Part shown: positions 1 to 13,826 of the stretch, piece by piece
Layout: each line of letters opens with the position of its first letter
Position numbering within the stretch: the first letter of the stretch is position 1
From: Phoronis australis
Taxonomy: Eukaryota; Animalia; Phoronida
Assembly (NCBI GenBank): GCA_002633005.1
Contig: NMRA01000019.1
Span: 1,681,261 to 1,745,260 of the forward strand
Reading direction: 5' to 3'
Length of the DNA stretch: 64,000 bases
The notes under the pieces: generated by a model
Told to the model about the DNA's origin: nothing
Databases searched by the model: none
What the model saw: only the letters and a program-made list of their open reading frames with translations
Translations under genes and position numbers: made by a program

Positions 1-560
1 TCTGTTTGGGAATTCTGGATAGTTTATTGTTGGTGCAATGTGACTCTTGGCAGTGAAGTAGTCTAGAAATAAGATACTTTTATCGGCTTTGGATGACGCC
101 TGAGAGTTGGATTCTTTTGAGTGGATGGTGGGGTATGATGATTGCTTTACCTGTCCTCGAATTTTGTTTACTATATCCCAATATTCCTTAGAATTTTTGG
201 AAACATTTTTGATATTGGAGATAACTTTCATCTTATAGTCTTGTTTTGTCTTTTTAATTAGTTCTTCCACACTCTTGCACTGTTCTTTGTAGCGCTTGAA
301 CGTGCATGGGTTATTTGATCTTCTGAACGATCTGTATAATTTATTTCTTTTATTTATTTCAGACTTAATGTTATTATTAAACCACGGTTTGTTCTTGTTT
401 TTTATTGCTTTCATGGTTGATGGGATATTATTATCTCATATGATGTAGAGTGACTGTGTGAATATTGAGACTGCGTCATTTATGTCACTTTTGTTAAGTA
501 TATCGGTTCAGTTGAATGTGGTTATGTCAGAGCGCAGTTTGTCCAAGTTAATGTGGTTGT
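1..560 (-). mobile_element. CR1/L2-group LINE ORF2 fragment (region between endonuclease and RT)
   Basis: Minus-strand translation gives KNKNKPWFNNNIKSEINKRNKLYRSFRRS...KNSKEYWDIVNKIRG...LFLDYF, the typical 'KPW..I...I..R.KLY' and 'W..V' linker motifs of CR1-like ORF2. The fragment is decayed. Confidence 0.7.
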
Positions 561-564
561 AATT

Positions 565-3367
565 CCAGATCTTCTTCCAATATCACTCAAGATCTCTCGT
601 GGGAAACCTAATCTATTGAAGACTTCTAACAATGCTTCAGCCACATGCGCTGTCTCGATCTTTGGTGGCGCCACAGCTCTGCGTATCTGGTGGCAAAATT
701 TACCACGTGAGATTTTATATGTTTCCGTTGTCGGAAACTGGAGCTACAGGGCCAGTCAGATGAATCGCGATACTCTAGAAAGGCTCTTGCATCAAATGCA
801 TCTCTCCCAAGGGTACATTGGACACTCGACCTTTCGGGGTTGTCTTCTGGCAGGTGTCGCATGATCTTCAAAATCTTCTAATGCCACTTCTGTCCAAGAG
901 AAATTGCAGGTGATACGGTAAGTTGTCTTCCGAGTATGGAGTCATAAGCGAGCCTCATTACAGACTTCCGTAAACCGCTCGGCACAATAACTTCTTTAAC
1001 CTCGTCATCGTCTTTTTTTCTTGGGCACCCGATAGTGTAATCCTCGTTGAACTTCCATTACGTATGACCCCTTGCTTTTGGTTTGTTGCTAAACTTTTGC
1101 TTCAGCTTGCTCCCACAACTTTTTCATTGATGAATCTTCATACTAGGCTTGTTTGAACTGCTTTAGCCTTACCTCTTGTATGGTTGGAGACACAGCTAAT
1201 GACTTAATGTTCGCTCTCTGTCGCTCTGCCTGAGCTATGGTAGTCACTTCTACATGTACCACCTTCCTGCTTGATTCATCAGCATCCGTTCCTGCCGACA
1301 TATCGGCCTCCTCTTCTCCCTCTAGAGTTGAGGTCACTGGGTTCTTCTCGTGGGAAGTAGTACTTTCTTAGAGTCATCTTTCCGACCCTCCGCCACGCTA
1401 TTGCCTGTACTGTGCTTGTTGACAGTAATTGTCCTTTGCTGTCAGTCAACATCTCCTGGGTTCAAGGCGCCAGGTAAGTCTCCGATAATCAAATCGGCCA
1501 CTGGACGCTCCATGCACATCGCAAACACTTTTCCTGTGTAGTACCGTGTCTTGAAGTTGATCTTGGCGACAATTAGCCACCTCTTGGTAGAGTCCGCCAA
1601 CTCGCATGACCACTTCCGGAAGGTCATATCTCCTGATTCGACTAGACTGAGTCGAACCACCATGGTTGTGCAGCCTGCGTCTATCAACACTGAGACCTTC
1701 TTCGTGTCAACATACCCCTCCTTCAGACGCACCTTTCCTTTGAAGGCGCATTCACTGTTGGCACGCTTCACAGAACCTTCCTTGCTCTGGGAACCTCGGT
1801 GGTTGGCCGCTGCTGACTCTTGACTTTGCTTCCCCTGTGTCCGCTTCCGACAGTCTCTAGCCAGGTGTCCAGCTTCGTGACAGAAGAAACACTTTTCCTC
1901 AGCGAGGTCAGTTTCCTCCTGCTTGACTCTCTACACGGTGTTTGCCTTGACTGGTCGTTTTTGGGACTTTTTCGACTGAGTGCTAGTCATATCCACTCCA
2001 TGGGCCTCAATATATCTTTCTGCTAAGCCAACCATCTCGGAACAGTCTTGTGTGTCCGCTCTCGCAGTAACAAAGCCAAGTCCTTAGTACAGGTGTTCAC
2101 GTACTGCTCACGCACTAACAGGTCTCTCAACTCAACAAAGTATTTGCCAGAGTCGGACACGTCGGTCCACCTGTTTAGGTAGCACTGTATGCGGTCCACA
2201 GACTGTTCAGCCGTCTTGCCCTTTTCCGCCCTCGCTTCCCGGAACCTTCTGCGAAAGCCCTTCTCTGTCAGTTCGTACCGCTTCAGCAAGGCTCTTTTGA
2301 GTGTAGCATAGACCAGTGCATCAGCTATTGGCAGGCTGGTAGAAACCTGTAGGTCCTTACCTGTTAACAGGGGATTGAGACTAATTGCCCATTCAGTCTG
2401 GGTCGAACCCTGGCTCTCTATGTACCTTTCAAGCTCTTCCAGGAAGTTGTCCATGCCATCTTGCTTTTCATCAAACTTGGGTAGCTTCGACTTTACGTCA
2501 CCAGTTGGGCTAACATGGCTACCCTCCACTGTAACATGTTCGGCTTTCAGTGGTGCTAGAGTCCTCTCGGCTTCCATTCTTTCTCTCTACATCTACCGTT
2601 TGACTCCTTTCCTCGGCCTCTCACGCTCTCTCTTCAGCCTCACGAACTTCCCTTCTCTCACCTGCTTCAAGGTCAGCCTCTCGCGCTTGTCTTCTGTCCT
2701 CGGCCTCACGAGCTTGCCTCCTCTCCTCTGCTTCAGCCTCAGCCTCGGCAGGCGCCTCAGCTTGTTGTTTCTCTACAAATGATCTAGAGTCGTCTCCCTG
2801 CAGACCCATTTCTTGTCCGAGAGCCATCAAATCTCATAGTGAGTCGCTAATTCTAACAGTCTACATCTTGATACCGTCACGTCTCTGTTTCACTCGTTGA
2901 ATCAATAACCTGTAGTGTCTGTAGCTGGACCTCTATTAACTATCTCTTTAATCGCTGGTTCTCTTCACTGCAACTGTTTAACTGCTTAACGGCTTTACTG
3001 CTTTATTCCGAGTGCTGAGGTGCATAACTCCGACTGCCGAACTGCTTAACTGCTTTTTTCTTCACTGATGCAAACCCGTGCTTGTGTATTTATAGACTAA
3101 TGCAATGTTCTAGAACTTGTCAACTGTTTAAGCACGTTCGAGAACTTTCAGGAATCTTACGCAATCATTCTACAAATATTACAAGTCTGTAGAATATTCC
3201 AGACTGCATTAATTACTGTCATGCTAGAGTCTTTCAGAAAGTTCCACAGTATACTGTAGTAAACAAATTACATCATCAATGTACTGAACTCAGGGGTCAT
3301 GTCAATCAAACAAAACAGAATAAAACAAAACTGTACAACTAAAAACAAGTCTGTCTAGAGTCTGACA
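565..3367 (-). mobile_element. Decayed Ty3/Gypsy LTR retrotransposon, Gmr1-like (LTR remnant, gag, protease, integrase)
   Basis: Putative LTR start TGTCAGA at 3367 (minus). Gag 2830-2023 (KLPKFDEKQDGMDNFLEELERY..W..LLTGK..Y..LKRALLKRYELT) and zinc knuckle CFFCHEAGHLARDC at about 1850-1892. Protease VLIDAGCT in 1771-1442. Integrase remnant VNFATRYAE/IETAHVAEALLEVFNRLGFPREILSD at about 570-720. Many stops and frameshifts. Confidence 0.85.
2023..2830 (-). pseudogene. gag: Gypsy gag (coiled-coil N-terminus plus SCAN-related capsid region), frameshifted
   Basis: ORFs 2621-2830 (AE/ER-rich coil) and 2023-2577 carry Gypsy gag motifs (F.R...W...L..LLTGK; LKRALLKRY). Confidence 0.75.
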
Positions 3368-5239
3368 AAAAAGGATTGATAACGGAAATATTTGTCCGAG
3401 TTGGAAGGAATTAAATATTTTAACGCCCTCCTAAGATGTCCCTATATGGACAAAAAAGATTTAATGACAACGTGAATTTGATATTTTAGTCAGTGCATGG
3501 CATAATTCGCCGAAGAGCTTCCGGCGTGTAAAGCGCCTAAGGGAGCCCTACCGTCCTACTGGCGGTGCCAATAGGGCTGGTGGTTACTGCCTTTGTATAT
3601 ATCTACTTGTAGTAGCAATCTATCAGGGCCAGGGTCTAGAGCCTGGCATCACTCACTCTAGAATGGAAGCAGTCATTTAATTATTGATGAAATTTGCAGA
3701 AGAACTTACAAGGTGGCGAGTCCTTCATTTCAAAAACGATCACTAAAAGTGATCGTTTTTGTCATTCTCCCACGACATCTAAACTTGAATCTTTCTGAGA
3801 ACTCCGAATATCCTACTTTTAAAAATCGTCCATCATGCTTTCAAGTTTCACAATAAATTTTCCCGTTTGTAACGCATCTGGCAATTTTCTGTCTTGTGCG
3901 TATTATACTTTGGGCCTATGGCAATATGTATGATTTTTAATAAACCACTGCAATGTACATTTAATGCGCAAGACAATTTCATCACACACCAGTCAAATTC
4001 AAGTTACAAACGTGTGGAGTGTAATAGCACGACAAGGCATGACATATGGGGTAAAAACATTGCACTTCGATTTACCTGAATATAAGGGTTTCAGTACCAC
4101 AACATTTCCGTTAATCATAACAAGATACAAAATGTACATCTTATATTAAATACGCTAGTTGCCTAATCATTAGCAATAGGTCTTTGCATTTTCCACGTTG
4201 GGCCCATGTTAAATACTTGACAAAATACGAAAAGCTTTGTTTTTCGTGGTTACAGCAAATTGCAAATTCAAAGAAATAGTGTTTTGCTTTTATTGTACGT
4301 TTTGACCCATTATAGTGCACAGTATAGCAGAGGTATCGATCGCATTCAATCGGAATTGGCTTTCCGAGCTAGCCTTTCTAATCACTTGCACGAAATAAAA
4401 ATTCCACAACACCCCTATCTCCATAGCAAGTGACAACACCGCCACAACTACCGAGTCGTCGGCCATGCGAGATCGAGCAAGGAATTCCAGTTAGCTCTCT
4501 TGTTCTATGGGAACAACAACTTCAAGACTGCACCCGATAAATTCTGTAAGTGCTTCAATTTCAAATGTGATACACTTTGATAGAACTTGGACTAAAAGCT
4601 TACCTGAAGCAGGAGATGTGACTACAACAAGAAATTGAAAATGTACGTCAGAAAATTTGTCACTATTTTAGTACAAGATTCCACAGTTTCGGGTCTAACA
4701 AGCATACGCATACGCTGTATCATAATTGAGAATAAGGTAATGTAAAAGACCCTGGTAGTGTTATTTGCATTCCAATCCGCGCACTGACCTCCCCCGGCTG
4801 CAGGTAATAACATCGCCCTAAATGGCACAGGCATACATCCCCATAGAAGTTAACTCATCTCACAATACAGCGCATAAAATCAAACGAAACATGCATATAT
4901 AGACATGGCGATACAAATAATACTTACCATGATTCTGGAAGCAATTTAGTCAATAACTGAAGAAATCCTGCATGAAAACCTGACGAGATTCACTCAAGCT
5001 TACGCCAATTCACGCCTGTTGATGATCAAAAAGTCCAAGGGACACAAATCTTACAAAATCCACCTAATATCTTCCCATACTATTTTAAGGCCGGGATCTC
5101 AGAGCTTTATGGGCATGAAAACGCAACCAATTTTCTTTGTTTCCACAGTGCTCTATGGGTATCCTCATGCTTGCAAATCGCCTTCTGGCAGGTTTGCTGT
5201 GGTGGGTGTGGTCAGGGGAGCCATGAGAATGACACTCAA

Positions 5240-5970
5240 AAATTGAGCTAGATCAACTTTTCTGGTAACCAATTAAAGCAGCCTTCATTACCTATATAGA
5301 TCGGTACCCCAGGTCCTTTAGACTAGATCAACGAGGTACCAATATCTGACCATAGGAGCACTTAGAGTCGACATCAATATATACAAAAATAGAAATAGAC
5401 GTATGTCGTTGTCTGAATTCTGGTTGTGACCCCTGAGGACCTTACAGAGGCTTCAAAAATAAGCTAGATTAGATATTCAAGGTACCGGCCAAAAGTGATT
5501 TAAAACAGACCACAGAATGACCCACAACTTCCACTTGGAATGGGCCATCCAAAATGAGCTAGCTGATACATTTGAGGTACCACACAAAACCAATTCCATG
5601 TGATCCAATACATGTCAGTGATCACTAAATGCCCTCTGACAGACAAATTACCCTCCAATTTGTACCACCCAGAAACCCCAAAAATGTCAACCACCGTATG
5701 CCATTGAAAATTTGAGCTAGATTAGATATTCGAGGTAGCATCTAAAACTGATTTAAAACGAACAGTAGTACCTCACTGAACACCGACTCACCCATGAAAG
5801 ACAAATTGCACTCTGGAAAGGTCCATCAGAATCCCAAAAATGACCTTCCTCGTTTATTTTAAGAACCACAAAAAACAATTTCATGTGATTCAGTCCATCT
5901 CACTGATTACCAAATGCATCATGACAGACAAAATACAGTCTTGGTTGTGCTTTCCCCAAATCCCCAAAAC
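5240..5970. repeat. Degenerate internal repeats of about 250-290 bp, probably a DNA-transposon subterminal region
   Basis: Recurrent blocks: (g/a)agctagattagatattc(a/g)aggta at about 5461 and 5713; caatt(c/t)catgtgat..a and tgacagacaaa at about 5592-5647 and 5876-5931. Confidence 0.4.
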
Positions 5971-6991
5971 CCTCAACCACGACAGTGGCGGATCTACGTT
6001 TTCAGTAAGGGGGGGGGGGTTTAGGATTCCCGCAAAAGTCGAATCCGAGGCGCGTGGCGCCGAGTGGGGGGAGGTCGGGTAAACCCCTTCCCGTGTAAGA
6101 CAACTTTTTGTTTTTGTAGCCAAACAGTGAAATTTCCATGCATCCTGGTACGTTTTAGGCACTTAACATGTCCCTGGAGTTTTTCTTAAGATAATGAAAA
6201 ACCCTTCTCGATTTCGTCACATGAACTTGGTTCATAAGTTTCGTGAAAGCATATTTGTGCACATCTGGGTATGAGTCACGCCACCAGCAAAAATTTTTGT
6301 TCGAACATCGGCTTACACACACCTTTTTAGCATACGAAAAAGTGTGGTGTGTATACAGGGGTTTAAACAACTACCAAATATTCAAGAGCATAAGGAGCAC
6401 CGACGGGGCGTAACTATTTGAATATCAGATGATCGCAACAGCCTCAAGCTGTTTAAGAACGAAGACCTGTACTTTTAGTCCGGAAATAAACATGTGTTCT
6501 GTCTCGTTACGAGAAAAAAACTGGCGAACGACGGTGCTCTTAGCTCGACAATGAACAATTAAGTATCACTTTATTAAGCTGAATCACGTTGACAACAATT
6601 GAAAAACGTCAAATGTATAAGGAAACAAATCGTCTGAAAACAGTATCACGAAACCAAAACATCGTGTGCACAGTGGTGATACTGGAATAGTTTGCAGTGG
6701 GACCAGATGTACACTGAGAGTACAAAAAAGGCTGACCTGGTCCGTCACGAGACCTAAAGCGTACTTAGCAAAAATTTTTGAATTGAAAACTTCTCTCTAG
6801 ACACTTTTTAATCCCCAGTGGTTGCTCATTCTTGTAGTTTACACATCTGGTGGTCAACTGCGAGAGGTTGTCTAGGAAGGGTTTTCGCACCATTCTGTAG
6901 TACCCGGTACCCTCTGGAAGAAACAAGTACTGAGTACAGATTTAACTACGCACTATGTGAAATAGATTTTGGATATGAAGCAGATAGACTC

Positions 6992-7411
6992 TGTTACTGC
7001 AGACGCAATCGTTCATATTGCCTGTGTATATTAAATATTGTTTCCTGTTGTACTCATTTTCAAGTACCCCCCAGATTGTGAACTTGTCACGTGGTACTGA
7101 CATTTAAAAGCGTTTTACCCGCCAGTTCCATTCATTCGTATTTCGTATCTGTGTGCAGTGTATGCATCTCATTGGTTTCATCGTCGAGATTGCAGGGTTT
7201 TCATGATGTAAGTAGTGTTCTTTTGCTTATCGTTATATTCTGGTTTGTGCAATGCATTCTCTCGTGTCCCGTGTAGTTTCAGTATTTTCGCTTTATTTTC
7301 TTTGCCGTATTTCGTCCTTCGTGGTTCGTGTCGAGGGTTTGGACGTTGTTCGCTGCGACCTTGAGATTGCAATTCACAAACCAGTCTGTTTCTAGCTCAT
7401 ATTATTGTAAA
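6992..7411 (+). repeat. 5' LTR of the BEL/Pao element (truncated by N-gap)
   Basis: Direct repeat of 13935-14353; begins TG; runs into the gap at 7412-7590. Confidence 0.95.
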
Positions 7412-7590
7412 NNNNNNNNNNNNNNNNNNNNNNNNNNNNNNNNNNNNNNNNNNNNNNNNNNNNNNNNNNNNNNNNNNNNNNNNNNNNNNNNNNNNNNNNN
7501 NNNNNNNNNNNNNNNNNNNNNNNNNNNNNNNNNNNNNNNNNNNNNNNNNNNNNNNNNNNNNNNNNNNNNNNNNNNNNNNNNNNNNNNNNN

Positions 7591-10500
7591 GAAGTACCAC
7601 GATCAGATTCAAGTGTTTCATGAATTTTGTGATACTGTACACCAGTGGGTAATGGAAACGGAACATTCGCTTCAACAAAACCTTCACTCAGTATCCGAAG
7701 TTTCAGTTAAAGCTTCTTCGCGAGGGACTTCTAGGCGTTCGTCAACGTGCTCTAAGAAATCCTCGGAAAGTTCACACGCCCTCAGGTTGAAAGCCGCCAT
7801 GACAACCGCCGGTTTGGCAGCTGAAAAGGCCGCATTGGAGGAGTCGTTAAAAATGGAGGCCGAGCTAAAAAAGGCCGAAATCGAAGCTAAACGTCACCAT
7901 TTGTTGTCTGCCCTGAATGTCCGGATCGCCAAAGCAAACGCCGAGGAGGCAGTGCTGAAAGCTGCGTCAAGTACCAACGACTCCGGGTCATGCGTCAAAT
8001 CAAAAGCATTTAGTTTACCCCAGAAGAGCGTTCCAGGTGCTCACGTTATGTCACCTACGTCTCTTACTTCTAAACCTGAAAATTCCGATAAAGAATTGAC
8101 CCGTATGTTATCAACATTACGTCTGCCGCCACCAAATCTCATGACATTTACGGGAGACATCAAGACCTTTTTGACAATCGAGATGGCATTCGATTCGCAG
8201 ATTGTACCACTGACTTCAACCGACACAGAGCGCTTATACTACTTGGACTCTTACTTAAGAGGCGAAGCAAAGGAACTTGTAGCCGGATGTCTCTTCATGA
8301 ATCCAGAAGATGGGTACAAAGAAGCACGGCGCACTTTGAAACGTGAATACTCTGACCCGTACAAGGTTGCTTCGTCGTTTTTGAATAAGCTCCACTCATG
8401 GCCTACAATTAAGCCTGAAGATTGCAGTGGCATTAAGCGATTTTCAGTTTTTCTAAAACAATGTGAGCACGCCATGTCGAAGATTGAATACTTGTCGGTG
8501 TTAATCACATACCTAATCTTCAAGCAATTGTTCACAAACTTCCATTGTATCTGCAAAACAAATGGCGCGACTTTGTGAANCGTCGTTTTTGAATAAGCTC
8601 CACTCATGGCCTACAATTAAGCCTGAAGATTGCAGTGGCATTAAGCGATTTTCAGTCTTTCTAAAACAATGTGAGCACGCCATGTCGAAGATTGAATACT
8701 TGTCGGTGTTGAATCACATACCTAATCTTCAAGCAATTGTTCACAAACTTCCATTGTATCTGCAAAACAAATGGCGCGACTTTGTGAACAGCGATGGACG
8801 ACGCAAAAATGTCACGTTTGCCAGACTTGTAAGCTTCATTCAGAAGGCTGCGGAGACTACCAACGACCCTATTTTCGGGAAGGAAGCTGCGGCAAGACCA
8901 CCCAAGCTGACTTATTCAAAGACCAGTTTTGCTGCCACCACGGAAACGACGCCATCACGTGAAAGAAAGTCACCAGTGTGCCATTATTGTTTACTGGACC
9001 ACCACTTAAATGATTGTGATTCGTTTAGACCGTTGTCTATGGATGACAAACGCAAGTTTATAATGGACAAGAAATTATGTTTCGGTTGCCTTCATTATGG
9101 TCATGTGTCTAAAGGGTGTTCGAATCGTGGCATTTGCGAAAAATGCTTTAAAAGTCACCCTACTGCACTTCACGTACAGAGATCAGCGACGAACGATACA
9201 AACAAGTTTGAATATGGTAGACATTCGCCAAGGACCCCTGACCTTGATTCTGATGCTCTGACGTCATCGTTATCAGTTGTCTTGGGACAGCAACGCAAGG
9301 TGTCTACACCACCCACACGAGGTACGCAACCTAAGTCGTTGATCAACTCCTCTTCACACGATCTTCAAACAGCTCAAGTAAGTACCTGCCACACCCCTTC
9401 GATTGATGATTGCAATCAGAAAACACTTCATGAAATTATTCCAGTTCGTGTTAGACAGAAAGGTAATGATACTAAGGTACCTGAATGCCAACGAGATTTT
9501 CTAAGATTCGTTTGGTGGCCTGACGGCGACTTACAGACCAGATTGGAGGANTCGTTTGATGATTGCAATCAGAAAACACTTCATGAAATTATTCCAGTTC
9601 ATGTTAGACAGACAGGTAATGATACTGAGGTACTGACATACGCATTCTTCGACAATGGTAGCAGTGGATGTTTCATTACAGATCGTCTTAAAGCTGATTT
9701 ACATGCTAAATGTCACGAAGTTGCCCTCGATCTCCACACCATGCACGGGCGCAATTATGTGAATACTACGGTTATAAAAGATCTGTAAGTCACTGACATG
9801 AATGGCCATAATCCTGTGACGATCCAAAAAGCTTACTCTCGTGCGCAGATACCAGTGGACTCTAGTCATATCCCTACGCCGGAGGTTCTCGAAAAAGTCA
9901 GTTATCTTCGTGAAGTTGCTCAAAATATTCCTTCATTAATGCCAAATATTTATATTGGTTTGCTTATAGGTTCAAGTTGCCCCTCTGCGCTCCAGCCGTT
10001 ACAGGTGGTTCCTACCATTTGCTGTTCGCTTGCGTCACGGATGGACAGTCAACGGTGTCGTGCATATTTCCGACAATCCTCTTGGTGCCTACATGACGTA
10101 CTGTAATCGCATTCAAGTTGTTGAATCCTGTTCTGTGAAGGAAATTCCGTTTCTGGATCCTGCAGACGTTATCGACACGCTTGCAATGGACTTCGACTGT
10201 ATCGCTGGCTCACACCCGAATAAGAAGGGCCACTCTAGAGAGGACTTGGAGTTCATGGATCGTGCCAACCAATGCGTGAAAAATGTCGACGGCCACTTTG
10301 AGATCCCACTTCCTTTCAGAAATCAGAATCTTGTAATGAATTACAATAGATCACAAGCTGTCCACAGAGCATCATACCAAAGAAAAAAGATGATGGGAGA
10401 CAGTTTGTACTACAACGAGTACAAGACATTTATCGACAAACTTTTAACTAAGGGTTATGCAGAGAAAGTGCCAGCTAAGGAAGTTCAAGGTCGCAAAGGC

Positions 10501-13500
10501 TTTACTTGGTACCTCCCGCACCATGGTGTGTATCATCCGCAGAAGAAAAAGTTGAGGGTGGTGTTCGACTGTGCAGCCAAGTTTCAAGGCACGTCCCTAA
10601 ACGATCAGTTGATTCAAGGTCCAAATCTTACCAACTCAATCATCGGTGTTTTGACAAGATTTCGTGGTGGACAAATAGCGTTTTCAGCAGACATCGAGAC
10701 CATGTTTTACCAAGTAAAGGTACCTGAATGCCAACGAGATTTTCTAAGATTCGTTTGGTGGCCTGACAGTGACTTACAGACCAGATTGGAGGACTACCGA
10801 ATGACGGTACATCTTTTCGGCGCTTCATCGTCCCCTGGTGTGTCTAACTTCGCCCTCAGAAAAACTGCCGAAAATTGCGATCCTGATGTAGCAACCACGA
10901 TCCAACGAAACTTTTACGTTGACGACAGCTTGAAGGCTGTTAACAGTGACGAGCAGGCTATTCGGTTGGTGAAAGATCTTTGCAAAGCGTGCTTGAGTGG
11001 AGGGTTCCACTTGACAAAATTCGCCAGTAACAGTCGTGCGCTACTAGACTCCATCCCTGTTGAAGAAAGGTCCAAGGAACTACAAGCTAAAACTTTGGAC
11101 TACGAATGCTTGCCGACAGAGCGTGCTTTGGGCATTCAATGGAAGATGTTATCGGATTATCTTGGTTTCTCCATAAAGATAAGACCAAAGGACATGACCA
11201 GAAGGGCAATCTTATCCACTACTGCTTNCTGTTAACAGTGACGAGCAGGCTATTCGGTTGGTGAAAGATCTTTGCAAAGCGTGCTTGAGTGGAGGGTTCC
11301 ACTTGCAAAAATTCGCCAGTAACAGTCGTGCGCTACTAGACTCCATCCTTTTTGAAGAAAGGTCCAAGGAACTACAAGCTAAAACTTTGGACTACGAATG
11401 CTTGCCGACAGAGTGTGCTTTGGGCATTCAATGGAAGATGTCATCGGATTATCTTGGTTTCTCCATAAAGATAAGACCAAAGGACATGACCAGAAGAGCA
11501 ATCTTATCCACTACTGCTTCGCTTTATGACCCCCTCGGTTTCTTAGCACCATTTGTGCTCCAAGCAAAGAAGCTGTTGCAAGACTTGTGTAAAGAAGACG
11601 GTCTACATTGGGATGATGAGATTCCAGAAGTTTACCATGCACGATGGCAGAAGTGGCTTTCAGAATTACCCCGTATGGAGGAAGTCAACATTCGGCGTTG
11701 TTACGTCCCACAAGAATTCAGTAACGTCGTTCTTCAGCAGTTGCATGTGTTTTCGGATGCAAGCAGTGACGGTTACGGGTGTTGTGCTTATTTACGTATT
11801 GTTAATGATGATGGTATTGTTCANTTTACGTATTGTCAATGATGATGGTATTGTTCACTGTTCTCTATTATTAGGTAAAGCCAGGGTCGCGCCTCTCAGA
11901 AAAATGACGATTCCCAAGATGGAGCTCACCGCCGCTACAGTGTCCGTGCACATTGGGAGAATGCTGTGCAACGAACTCGACCTGGACCCGGCAAAATCGG
12001 TCTTCCACACAGATTCTCTGACGGTTCTGTATTATGTGCACAGTCGCAGTAATAGGTTCCCGGTTTTTGTCGCCAACAGGGTACAGCAAATATTACACTT
12101 CAGCAACCCTTCACAGTGGAGGTATGTGCGTTCTGAAATTAACCCAGCTGATTGTGCGTCACGCGGTTTAGATGCTGAGAAGTTTCTCTGTCACAATAGT
12201 TGGTTTAATGGTCCCAATTTCTTTTTGTTTGGTGACTGTTGTTATCCTCAGCCAAGCGCGTTTCCAGTGCCTAGTGATGAAGCTGCCGGTTCTCCGACTT
12301 TTGTTAAAGCGACGAGTTTTAATGAAAGTGTTAGCGGTTTGCAACGATTGATTGATTACTATTCTAAATGGTTGCCGTTAAAGAAAGCTGTAGCTGTCTT
12401 CAGTAGATTTCAGAAACGGTTGGTGCAACGAAAAAGAGATGGTGACCAGAGTTGGTTGTCAGCGCCACTTGCGGTTGAGGAGTTGCATGAAGCGGAAGCC
12501 AATGTGTTGAAATTTACTCACAGACAATACTTCAGAGATGATTTTGAAAGGCTCTCAGGTAACGGTAGAGCCAAGAAAAGTACACTGCTGATCACGCTGG
12601 ACCCTTTCTTGGACAGAGGTTTGTTACGTGTTGGCGGTCGTCTCGGTAAAGCTTTGCTGGAGGATGGTATGAAGCATCCCATCGTACTGCCTAGACAGAG
12701 TCACGTTACAACGCTTGTTGTTCGCCATTATCATGGGCGCTTGGCTCACGCTGGTCGGAATCATGTTCTTTCAACCTTACGAGAGAAGTTCTGGATTGTT
12801 GCCGCCAACGCTGCTGTTTGTAGAGTTATTAACAGATGTGTGACTTGCCGTCGTCTACGTGGTCAAGCATGTGAGCAAAAGATGGCCAATTTGCCTATTG
12901 AACGCACTATTCCAGAAGCACCTTTTACGTACACAGGCACAGATTTGTTCGGTCCGTTCCAATTTAAAGAAGGTAGAAAGGTGTATAAGCGTTATGGTGT
13001 CATGTTTACTTGTTTTTCTAGCCGGGCCATACATTTAGAAGTGGTTAACAGCCTTGAGACTGACTGTTTCATTAATGCTCTGCGCAGATTTTTGGCCAGA
13101 CGAGGGCCAGTTCATACCATCTTCAGTGACAACGGAACGAACTTCGTGGGAGCCGATCGTGAGTTACGAGCAGCCATAGATGAAATGGACCAGGAACGTA
13201 TTCAGAAGTACATGTTGACAGAAAATATTGACTGGTCGTTCAACCCGCCAACTGCTAGTAACTTCGGTGGTCTTTGGGAACGTCAAATTCGCACTGTTCG
13301 GAAAGTGTTATCATCCACATTGCGCGAATGTGATCGCTTAGATGATGACGTTCTGCATACAGTATTGTGTGAGGCGGAGGCCATAGTGAATTCAAGACCC
13401 CTCACAACTGTATCCAGTGACCCCGACGATTTGGATCCGTTATCACCGAGCAACATTCTTACTTTTAAGACACGGATATTGCTCCCTCCACCTGGAAAGT

Positions 13501-13826
13501 TTCAGCGAGAAGACGTTTATTCACGTAAGCGTTGGAGGCGCGCCCAATACTTGGCGAATCTCTTTTGGACAAGATGGAGAAAAGAGTATTTGGCTACATT
13601 GCAATGTCGTCGAAAGTGGCAAGTTCCAAGTCGCAATATGAAAGTGAATGATGTTGTACTCATCAAGGAGGAAGGCCTTTCCCGGTGTGACTGGAAGATG
13701 GGTCGTGTGACAGACTTAGTGACTGATCAAAATGGTCTCGTAAGGAGCTGTCATGTTAAGACATTGACGTCAACCTTTTGGCGCCCTGTAAATAAATTGG
13801 TTCTTTTGATTTGCTCTGAAGATTAG
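7591..13826 (+). pseudogene. gag-pol: BEL/Pao gag-pol polyprotein (broken by a stop, frameshifts and contig joins)
   Basis: Gag LPPPNLMTFTGD. Three Cys/His knuckles: CHYCLLDHHLNDC, CFGCLHYGHVSKGC, CEKCFKSHPTALH. Protease AFFDNGS. RT YLPHHGV..KLRVVFD and FYVDD. RNase H YDPLG, HVFSDAS, KARVAP, NPADCASRG. Integrase H..HAG..C..C, DLFGP, SDNGTNF, GGLWER, and C-terminal FWTRWRKEYL. Stop at 9786-9788 and a frameshift near 10020. Confidence 0.95.

Noticed and set aside
7091-7372. Near-identical short ORFs at 7.1-7.4 kb and 14.0-14.3 kb
   Set aside because: Incidental ORFs inside the duplicated LTRs.
8373-8788. Tandem duplication of about 207 bp in BEL gag (similar ones at 10937-11519 and 11790-11858)
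   Set aside because: Each is centred on a single N, typical of unmerged overlapping contig ends rather than a biological duplication.
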